A DNA stretch of 10,982 nucleotides from NCBI GenBank assembly GCA_913020725.1, contig CAJWCD010000117.1, positions 1 to 10,982 of the forward strand. The letters run 5' to 3'. The notes beneath the pieces were generated by a model. The model saw only the letters and a list, made by a program, of their open reading frames with translations. It was not told the DNA's origin and did not search any database. Of the stretch, positions 1 through 7,126 are shown piece by piece. Every line of letters begins with the position of its first letter. Position 1 is the first letter of the stretch. Source of the DNA: an uncultured Pseudomonadota bacterium (lineage in GTDB: Bacteria; SAR324; NAC60-12). Position numbers and translations under genes: made by a program.

Positions 1-3000
1 GCCCTCAGAGGTATCTCCGGAAACTGCACTCACGAAGAAGCCTGCGACATCGTTGTCAAGGTTGATTAGCTGAACATCGGCGGGGTCACGATTCCTGTAG
101 CGAAAATCACTGGTGGTCGTGTCGGCTGTTAACTCTACTATGTAGGCCTGATCTCCGTCTGAGACATTATCATCCTGTCCCGTGATGAGAATGGACTTAT
201 AGGAATTCCAGTCAGATGTGGTAAAGCTGACGTTGTCGGTGCCGCCGCTGCTGATGCTGGTGATTTTGCCCTCGGTTGGCTTGCTGCTCGCAACGCCAAT
301 CGTGACGCCAGCCGTGGGCTGACTGTTGAGCTTGAGCTTGATGGTCGAGATGACTCCGGATTCGGAGGTGTAGCTGTTGATGGTCATGGTGAACCCGGCG
401 GATTCGTCATCCACGTTCGATACCATCACATCAGGAGGATCAAGATGGCGGTAGTTAAGATCCGCCGTCACATTGTCGGGACTGAGCAAAATACGATAGC
501 CCTGGTCGCCATCCGAGACATTATCGTCCACTCCCAGAAGTGTGACTAACTGCTCGGCGTTCCAGTTCGTGCTTGTGAAGGTAAGGGTTTTTGTATTGCT
601 GACTGCTCCTGAAACCTTGCCCTCACTGGTATTGCTGCTTTTCAAACCAACTGCGACATTGGCCGTGGGCTTGCTGGACAGACGTACCGAGAAAACTGCA
701 GAACCACCCACCTCGCTCGTGGAACCACTGACGGTACTAACAAAGAAGCCTGCCCCTGCATCACGATTTCGCAAGGAAACATCAGGGGGCTCAAGGTTCC
801 GGTATCTCAGGTCGACTGTCGCATTGTCCGATCCAATCCTGATCGCGTAGCTCTGGTCCCCGTCTGAAACATTGTCCGCCACTCCCTTGACCACCACACT
901 CACTGCCGAGGACCAGTTCACAGCGTTGAAGGTCACATTGTCCGTGTTCGAGGTCGAGCCGCCCACGCTCTTGATCGTCCCCTCGGCCACCTTGGAACTG
1001 GCCAGTGTGAGGATCACGCTGGCGGTGGGCTTGCTTCTCAGGCGGATCGTGAAGTTAGCCTCACCCCCGTTCTCGTCCGTGTTCCCGGATATTGCGCTCA
1101 AGACATAACCCCCGGAGGCGAGATCGAGGTTCCTCAGAGTCAAATCCGGAGGATCCAGCAAGCGATAGCCAACATCGCTACTGGTGTTGTCCGGAAGCAG
1201 GCGCACCGCATAGGTCTGATCGCCGTCCGAGAGGTTGTCCGGCTGGCCGGTCACCGTGACGGTCTTCCACGAGTTCCAGTTCCCTGTCGTGAACGCGAGG
1301 CTCGTGGGGGTGGCCTTGCCCTCGGTCGAATCGGTGGATTCCGTGTAGAGCGTCACACCACTGGCTGGCTGGCTACGCAGACGCACCATGAAGCTCGCCG
1401 GTGTTCCGTCCTCGTCCGTATCCCCGGAGACTGCACTCACAAAGAAACCGGCGGTGTCGTCGTCCGCGTTCACCAGCACAACATCGGGTGGATTGAGGCT
1501 TCGATAATTCGTGTCCTGCGTGGCGTTGTCTTCGGCAAGGATGATCCGGAAGCCCTGATCGCCGTCTGAAACATTGTCGTTCACGCCCGTCACCGTCACG
1601 ACCTGATCCGCGTTCCAGTTCGCCGTGGTGAAGCTCAGGTTGTCCGGGTTGACCTTGCCCTCGGTCGTTTTCTCACTGGAGAGTGCAATCGTCACGGTGT
1701 TGGAGGGCTGGCTGCGCAGGCGCACGAGGAAAGTGGCAGAGCCTCCAGACTCGCTGGTCGGACCACTCGGTGTTCCCACGACAAAACCTGCGGTTTCGTC
1801 ATCCTTGTTCGTGACCAACACATCAGGAGGATCAAGATCCTTATACCCCAAGGCCTTGGTCGCGTTGTCCATCGTGACTTTGATGGTGTAGGCCTGATCG
1901 CCATCACTGGCATTGTCGTTCACGCCCGTGACCGTGACCGTGCGCTCGGCATTCCAATTGCCCGGAGTGAAGCTGAGGTTGTCTGGACTGACCTTGCCCT
2001 CGGTCAGCTTGCTGGAAACGAAATGCAGCAGCACCGTGTCTGGGCTGGTCGAGTTGTCTCCGTCATCAGGCTGGCTGGTGAGCCGGATTGTGAAGAGCGC
2101 GGTGCCTCCGGATTCCGAGGTTGCTCCGCTGATCGTGCTGACCAGCACTCCTGCCGAATCGTCATCCACGTTGGTGACGTAAACATCGCTGGGGTTTTGG
2201 GTGTGGTAAGCGGTGTCGCTGGAAACGGTGGACCCCAGCACCACCTTGAAGGGTTGGTTGCCATCGGAGAGATTGTCGTTGACTCCGGTGACGCGAATCT
2301 CCTGTACCGCATTCCAGTTGGTCACGGAGAAGGTCAGGTTGTCGCGGTTGGTGTAGCCGCCTACCGAGTAGAGTTTGCCTTCAGTGGCATCGTCCACTGA
2401 CACCGGAATGGTGACGTCCGCCGTGGGTTTTTTGGCCAAGGCGACCGTGATCACGGCTTGGCCCCCGCCGGATTCGGACACGGTTCCCGTTGCCTCCGAA
2501 ATGGTGAATCCCGCATAACGCGCCTGCTCGTTGTCCAAGTTCTTGAGGCTGATCGCGGCAAGCGACTTGCCGTTGTAACTCGGATCGCTGGAGGTGGAGT
2601 TGTCAAAGCGAATCTGGTAGCTGATGTCGCCATCCGCGCTGGCATCGTCCTGTCCCGTGACGACCACGGTCTGGCTGAGGTTCCAGTTGGTGTTGCTGAA
2701 GCTGAGGTTGTCCGGAGTAACTCTTCCCTCGGTGGTGTTGTCACTGCGCAGGGAAAGCGTCACCGCGCCTTCGGGCTGGCTGCTGAGGCGCACGGTGAAC
2801 TGGGCGGTGCCCCCCGCTTCCGTGGTGTTGTCGCTGATCGCGCTGACCACAAACCCGGAGGTTTCGTCGTCGGAGTTGACGATGGTAAACTCACGTGGTG
2901 TGACGGTATTGTAGTTCGTCTCCGTCGTCCACTGCTCCACCAGACTGCTTGCATCTGAACTCCGGAATACCTGTACGGTAACGAGGACGCTCTTGTCTCC

Positions 3001-5367
3001 ATCGTCCAGATCATCATTAAGCCCCGTGAGGGTAACGGTCGCATTGTCTGACCAGAAGGTGCGTCCGGATTCCCCCTGTTTTCCAGAAAAGACCAAACGT
3101 TCCGGGCTGAAGCTCACCTCCTTGCGGGTGTTGCCGTAACGGTCCATCACCTGAGCGGTTGTAACGTGTAAAACCACAATCTGCCCAGTAACGTTGTCCG
3201 GCTGCGTGTCCAGCCGTACCTTGACGCTGCCCGTGCCTCCGGCCTCGGTGGTGGTGTTGTCCACCACTGTGATTTTGAAACCCGCAACATCGTCGTCCGT
3301 GTTGTAAACGGTGGCGGCAGCGGAAAGTGGATGGTACTCCGCCTGCGTCGTGCTGGCGTTGTCCACGGTGATGTTCAAGCGCACCTGCTGGGTGCCGTCA
3401 ATCATGAAATCGTTCTGCCCCGTCACTGTGATCGTCTGCGGGGTGGTGCCGTTGTCGGTGCCCAGCACCAGCCGGGTTGGCGAAACCGTGCCCTCGTCTA
3501 AATCGAGCGAGGCGAAGGTGAGCGTGACCAGCTTGTTCGTCGTGGTGTTGTCCGGACGGCTGGCGAGGCGCACGGTGAGGGTAGCGTTGTCGCCGGATTC
3601 GGACGAGGCGTTGTCCGTGATTACGACGAGGATGCCCGCCGTGTCGTTATCCAGGTTCTGGAGATTGTGGTTGATCGCGCTGAGGGCGCTGTACTGCACA
3701 TCCGTGGTGGACTGCACCGCCACGGTGAGCTTAACGGACTGAGTGCCGTCGAGCAGTTCGTCATTTTTCCCCGGCACCATCACCGTTTGTGCGGTCGCCC
3801 AGGTGGTGTTGTCAAAGGTCAGCGTTGCCGGAGAGCGTGTCACTTCCGTGGAATCGTTGTCCGTGACCGCCAAGGTGACACTGGCCAGCGGTTGCGTGTT
3901 GAGCTTGACGGTGAGAGTCGCATTGTCTCCATTCTCTCCGGAAGTGTTGTCGGTTCCGGTCACGGTCAGTCCGGCGGTGTCGTCATCCGTGAAGGTGGCG
4001 GTGACGTTGTCCGGGACAAAGGCACTGTATTTGGCATCTGCCGAGTTGATTGGCGAGAGCCGGATTTTGGTGGTGGGGTTGGTGGGATGGTCAATGAAAT
4101 TGTTGATGCCCCGGACGGTGACGGTCTGTGAGGTTTTCCAGTTCACGGAGTTGAAGAGCAGGTAGCTTGGGGAAACCGTAGCAAGTGTGGCGTTGTCAAT
4201 TCCCAACGGCAGCACCACGCTTGCCGTGGGTTCGGTGGTGAGCCTGGCCGTGAAGGTGGCGGTGCCGTTGTCCTCGTTGAGCGTCAAAGCCGTCCCGGAC
4301 AACGTCACCCCCTCCGCGCTCTCATTGTCAATACTGAGGAAACTGCGATTGTCCGTAAATCCGTCATACCCTGTTCCGGTTCCAGAAATGCTGACATCAA
4401 TGCGATACGTCACATTGTCGTCCCGGATCGCATCGTCCACCCCAGCGACCATGACGGTTTGCGGCGTGCTGAAATTTGCAGCGGTGAAGGTCAAGGAGGT
4501 CGGCACCGGCATACCCTCGCTGGGATCCGAGCTGGTCAGCTTGACGGCGATCGAGCGGTTGTCGCGGTGTGCGGCAGAACCGAGCTTGACCGTGAAGGTC
4601 GCGTTGTCGCTGCCGTTTTCTGCGGTGATGTTGTCCGGAGACGCTGCCGTGATGACGACCGATACCGTGTCGTTGTCCGTGTTTGAGAGCGACACTGAGC
4701 CAAGGATGAGATTATCGTAAGGCGTGCTGGTGCTGCTGGTCTTGCTGAGTTGAACCTTGTAACTTTGGGTGCCGTCCACATACACATCATCAATGCCTTT
4801 CACTCTAACCGTCTGCACCGTACTCCAATTGTCGGAACCAAAGGCAAGGTTGAGGTTGTCCGTCGTCGTATTGTCCGGATTCAGCAGCTTGCCCTCGTTC
4901 GTGTTGTTGCTGGTCAGCGAGAAGCTGACAGCGGCGAGCGGCATGGCATTGAGCTTGACCGTGAAGCTGGAGATACTGCCGTTTTCCGAAGTCGGGGTGG
5001 GGGTGGCTGGAGTGATCAGCACCCCTGCGGTTTCGTTGTCGCGGTTGATCAGTGCGAGTGGGGCGATCGTGAGGCCGGCGTATTTGAGGTCATCGGAAGT
5101 GACCGCGAAATTGATCTTGTAGTTCTGTGAACCGTCGGCGACATTGTCGTCCACTCCGGTGGCGGTGACGGTTTGGTAGGTCTGCCACGCACTGGGGGCA
5201 AAACTGAGGCTGCCCGGACTGACCGTGCCCTCGGAGGTGTTGTCGGAAGTGAGGGTGAGGGTGACAGCGGCCAGCGGTTCGCCGATGAGCCGAACCTTGA
5301 AGGTGGTGGTGGTCCCCCCCTCGCCGGTTTCGCTGGCAGGAGAAGGCTTCGTGACCTCTACTCCTGT
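1..5367 (-). repeat. Tandem array of 15 complete plus 1 partial ~340-360 bp (~115 aa) protein-domain repeats
   Basis: Repeat starts (AG[FVLI]xV-type motif) fall at about 5367, 5028, 4663, 4312, 3975, 3639, 3285, 2859, 2514, 2154, 1791, 1452, 1113, 753, 399 and 45. Acidic motifs GVDDxxxDGDQ and NxDDD/NxDND resemble the Ca2+-binding linkers of Calx-beta/cadherin-like beta-sandwiches. Confidence 0.9.
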
Positions 5368-5499
5368 CTTGCCAGTCTTGCTGACCGTGCTGTCGTCCGC
5401 AATGGTGAAGATCGAGACCTCCTCCTCCTCTTGGCCTGAGTCGCACCCCACCATGACGAGGGCGGCGAGCAGCAGCAGTACCAAAAGTCGAAGGACCAC
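1..5499 (-). CDS. Giant repetitive surface lipoprotein / adhesin-like protein with Calx-beta/Ig-like repeats (3' end runs off the window, >=1833 aa)
   Basis: Hand translation of the minus frame from GTG 5499 to position 1 gives no stop codon. N-terminus MVLRLLVLLLLAALVMVG-CDSGQEEEE is a signal peptide II with lipobox Cys19 (codon 5445-5443). GGAG lies at 5509-5506. The repeat consensus is AGFxVSxxSGxTxExGxxAxFxVRLxSQPxxxVTxxxxSxxxxEGxVxPxxLxFTxxNWNxxQxVTVTGxxDxxxDGDQxYxI...DPPDVxxxNxDDD. The many plus-strand ORFs over 542-5602 are antisense shadows of this frame. Confidence 0.95.
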   Translation of the reverse strand, partial: MVLRLLVLLLLAALVMVGCDSGQEEEEVSIFTIADDSTVSKTGKTGVEVTKPSPASETGEGGTTTTFKVRLIGEPLAAVTLTLTSDNTSEGTVSPGSLSFAPSAWQTYQTVTATGVDDNVADGSQNYKINFAVTSDDLKYAGLTIAPLALINRDNETAGVLITPATPTPTSENGSISSFTVKLNAMPLAAVSFSLTSNNTNEGKLLNPDNTTTDNLNLAFGSDNWSTVQTVRVKGIDDVYVDGTQSYKVQLSKTSSTSTPYDNLILGSVSLSNTDNDTVSVVITAASPDNITAENGSDNATFTVKLGSAAHRDNRSIAVKLTSSDPSEGMPVPTSLTFTAANFSTPQTVMVAGVDDAIRDDNVTYRIDVSISGTGTGYDGFTDNRSFLSIDNESAEGVTLSGTALTLNEDNGTATFTARLTTEPTASVVLPLGIDNATLATVSPSYLLFNSVNWKTSQTVTVRGINNFIDHPTNPTTKIRLSPINSADAKYSAFVPDNVTATFTDDDTAGLTVTGTDNTSGENGDNATLTVKLNTQPLASVTLAVTDNDSTEVTRSPATLTFDNTTWATAQTVMVPGKNDELLDGTQSVKLTVAVQSTTDVQYSALSAINHNLQNLDNDTAGILVVITDNASSESGDNATLTVRLASRPDNTTTNKLVTLTFASLDLDEGTVSPTRLVLGTDNGTTPQTITVTGQNDFMIDGTQQVRLNITVDNASTTQAEYHPLSAAATVYNTDDDVAGFKITVVDNTTTEAGGTGSVKVRLDTQPDNVTGQIVVLHVTTAQVMDRYGNTRKEVSFSPERLVFSGKQGESGRTFWSDNATVTLTGLNDDLDDGDKSVLVTVQVFRSSDASSLVEQWTTETNYNTVTPREFTIVNSDDETSGFVVSAISDNTTEAGGTAQFTVRLSSQPEGAVTLSLRSDNTTEGRVTPDNLSFSNTNWNLSQTVVVTGQDDASADGDISYQIRFDNSTSSDPSYNGKSLAAISLKNLDNEQARYAGFTISEATGTVSESGGGQAVITVALAKKPTADVTIPVSVDDATEGKLYSVGGYTNRDNLTFSVTNWNAVQEIRVTGVNDNLSDGNQPFKVVLGSTVSSDTAYHTQNPSDVYVTNVDDDSAGVLVSTISGATSESGGTALFTIRLTSQPDDGDNSTSPDTVLLHFVSSKLTEGKVSPDNLSFTPGNWNAERTVTVTGVNDNASDGDQAYTIKVTMDNATKALGYKDLDPPDVLVTNKDDETAGFVVGTPSGPTSESGGSATFLVRLRSQPSNTVTIALSSEKTTEGKVNPDNLSFTTANWNADQVVTVTGVNDNVSDGDQGFRIILAEDNATQDTNYRSLNPPDVVLVNADDDTAGFFVSAVSGDTDEDGTPASFMVRLRSQPASGVTLYTESTDSTEGKATPTSLAFTTGNWNSWKTVTVTGQPDNLSDGDQTYAVRLLPDNTSSDVGYRLLDPPDLTLRNLDLASGGYVLSAISGNTDENGGEANFTIRLRSKPTASVILTLASSKVAEGTIKSVGGSTSNTDNVTFNAVNWSSAVSVVVKGVADNVSDGDQSYAIRIGSDNATVDLRYRNLEPPDVSLRNRDAGAGFFVSTVSGSTSEVGGSAVFSVRLSSKPTANVAVGLKSSNTSEGKVSGAVSNTKTLTFTSTNWNAEQLVTLLGVDDNVSDGDQGYRILLSPDNVTADLNYRHLDPPDVMVSNVDDESAGFTMTINSYTSESGVISTIKLKLNSQPTAGVTIGVASSKPTEGKITSISSGGTDNVSFTTSDWNSYKSILITGQDDNVSDGDQAYIVELTADTTTSDFRYRNRDPADVQLINLDNDVAGFFVSAVSGDTSEG

Positions 5500-5505
5500 A
5501 CCAAA

Positions 5506-5509
5506 CTCC
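5506..5509 (-). promoter_or_regulatory. Shine-Dalgarno (GGAG) for the giant lipoprotein GTG start
   Basis: Minus strand reads ccGGAGtttggtGTG, a 6-nt spacing to the first in-frame start codon after the upstream in-frame TGA (5532-5530). Confidence 0.6.
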
Positions 5510-5583
5510 GGTGGGAGTGATCCCGCATCTCAAACCCACCTCCGAATGGCAGGTTCCGCTACGGAATTGGGCGTGAAGTTAAC

Positions 5584-5766
5584 TGATCCAACCACACCCT
5601 GAGAGAAGTTACAAGCCCTAGAGCGTAAAAAAATTCGCCTGATTTTGCTTGATCTAACCACACTCTGAGAGAAGTTACAAGCCCTAGAGCGTAAAAAAAT
5701 TCGTCTGATTTTGCTTGATCTGACCACAACCCGAGAGAAAGTGCAAGCTTTAGAGGGCAAAAAAAT
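5584..5766. repeat. Intergenic 66-bp direct tandem repeat, ~2.8 copies
   Basis: Units start at 5584, 5650 and 5716 (TGATCYRACCACA...GAGAGAA...CAAGC..TAGAG..AAAAAAAT). Copies 1 and 2 match at 63/66 nt. Partial copy 3 matches copy 2 at 40/51 nt with no gaps. Confidence 0.95.
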
Positions 5767-5799
5767 AATGCGGGATATGTGCCGACCCTCTATTTCCGC

Positions 5800-5828
5800 T
5801 TGAATCCGTCCGCTCCCTGCCGTAGCCT
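5800..5828 (+). promoter_or_regulatory. Candidate sigma70 promoter for fbp
   Basis: TTGAAT (5800-5805), 17-nt spacer, TAGCCT (5823-5828), 43 nt before the fbp ATG. Motif match only. Confidence 0.4.
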
Positions 5829-5871
5829 TCCGTAGCACCTGAAGCCAAAACCTCTTATTTCTGGAGCAACG

Positions 5872-6906
5872 ATGAGCGATGCGATGCGAGCCGTTGAGCG
5901 GCTTTCCGCACCTGTGGGCACCACCCTTGCGCGCTTCATCGCGCAGGAGCAAAAACACTTTCCGGAAGCTCGGGGCGAGCTGTCTCAACTGCTCGCCGAC
6001 CTTTCACTCGCGGCCAAGATCATTAACCGCGATGTCAACCGTGCCGGACTCATTTCTGCCGACGGCGGGGTGGGTGGACAGAACGTGCAGGGGGAGGAAC
6101 AGATGAAACTTGATATCGTTGCGGACATCCGCTTCGCCCGCGCCCTGCAACGCGGAGGGCAAGCCTGCGCGATCGCCTCGGAGGAAATGGAAAACTTCAT
6201 TGACGCGGGCAACCACGAATCGCGTTACATCGTCGCGCTTGATCCACTGGATGGTTCCAGCAACATTGATGTCAACGTCTCCATCGGCACGATTTTCTCC
6301 ATCTTCCAGCGGCGCTCCCCTGTCGGAACCCCACCCAACTTGGAGGATGTTCTGCAATCCGGAACCGAGCAGGTCGCGGCGGGCTATATCCTCTACGGCT
6401 CCTCCACTGTTTTAGTGTACACCACCGGACGTGGGGTCAACGGTTTCACCTACGAACCCTCCCTTGGGGATTTCTTCCTCTCGCATCCGCACATGCGCAC
6501 TCCGGAACACGGCAGGATTTACTCGATCAACGAGGGCAACTGGAACGATTTTCCGCAGGGCATCCGCACGTACATCAACGACGCTCGGCAACGCAGGCTC
6601 ACCGCCCGCTACATCGGTTCCCTCGTTGCCGACTTCCACCGCAACCTGCTCAAGGGCGGCATCTACCTCTATCCTCCCACCGTGAAGACCCCCTCCGGAA
6701 AACTGCGGCTGCTCTACGAATGCAACCCGCTCGCGTTCATTGTGGAACAGGCGGGAGGTTCGGCCACCGACGGCACTCGCCGTATCCTTGAAATCCCTCC
6801 GGAAGCGCTGCACCAGCGCTGTCCGCTTTACATCGGTTCCAAGCAAATGGTCGAGCAAGTGGAGAACACCCTCAAGGACACTCCGGAGCCTCCCTCCCAA
6901 CCCTGA
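5872..6906 (+). CDS. fbp: Class 1 fructose-1,6-bisphosphatase
   Basis: 344 aa with [48 protein letters not shown] and [11 protein letters not shown] motifs of FBPase class 1. SD GGAG at 5863-5866. Confidence 0.97.
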   Translation: MSDAMRAVERLSAPVGTTLARFIAQEQKHFPEARGELSQLLADLSLAAKIINRDVNRAGLISADGGVGGQNVQGEEQMKLDIVADIRFARALQRGGQACAIASEEMENFIDAGNHESRYIVALDPLDGSSNIDVNVSIGTIFSIFQRRSPVGTPPNLEDVLQSGTEQVAAGYILYGSSTVLVYTTGRGVNGFTYEPSLGDFFLSHPHMRTPEHGRIYSINEGNWNDFPQGIRTYINDARQRRLTARYIGSLVADFHRNLLKGGIYLYPPTVKTPSGKLRLLYECNPLAFIVEQAGGSATDGTRRILEIPPEALHQRCPLYIGSKQMVEQVENTLKDTPEPPSQP

Positions 6907-6940
6907 ATGACCTTGTTGTTTTCCAAAACGGGCATTTGGG

Positions 6941-7002
6941 GTAGGCACGGGGCGGCGCACCCGTGCCACGGCCACGAGCGTGGGTCTGCCACCCCACGCT
7001 AC
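6941..7002. repeat. Inverted pair of GTAG-type REP-like palindromes; may also act as an mRNA 3' structure for fbp
   Basis: Plus strand: GTA-GGCACGGG-gcggcgca-CCCGTGCC (6941-6967). Minus strand: GT-AGCGTGGG-gtggcaga-CCCACGCT (7002-6977). Each begins GTAG and has a perfect 8-bp stem with an 8-nt loop. Confidence 0.6.
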
Positions 7003-7056
7003 CATTTCATTGCCCAACCGGAATCGTCAAAATTCATTTGAATACGGTTTTCCTGC

Positions 7057-7085
7057 TTAACGAACCCTCCCATTCATAGTATCAT
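7057..7085 (+). promoter_or_regulatory. Candidate sigma70 promoter for the molybdopterin subunit gene
   Basis: TTAACG (7057-7062), 17-nt spacer, TATCAT (7080-7085), in an AT-rich stretch 41 nt before ATG 7127. Motif match only. Confidence 0.35.
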
Positions 7086-7126
7086 TCTCACAAACATTTC
7101 AGCTAACAGCCATATCAGGGTTTTCC

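Noticed and set aside
5314..5320. G7 homopolymer near the 5' end of the giant gene as a phase-variation tract
   Set aside because: It is short for a contingency locus, is in frame, and is explained by Glu-Gly-Gly codons in a GC-rich gene.
5545..5570. Cobalamin riboswitch (GAACCTGCC resembles the 3' GACCTGCC box)
   Set aside because: The upstream conserved core elements are not recognisable and the downstream gene is unrelated to B12.
542..5602. Numerous plus-strand and short minus-strand ORFs in the ORF track
   Set aside because: They are antisense or off-frame shadows of the single giant minus-strand CDS, with no family motifs of their own.
5584..5766. CRISPR array (66-bp period is CRISPR-like)
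   Set aside because: Whole units are near-identical with no unique spacers, and there are no cas genes in the window.
5530..5988. 152-aa minus-strand ORF containing a 22-aa repeat
   Set aside because: It overlaps fbp antisense, has Arg/Ser/Cys-rich non-protein-like composition, and stays open mainly because the 66-bp unit is a multiple of 3.
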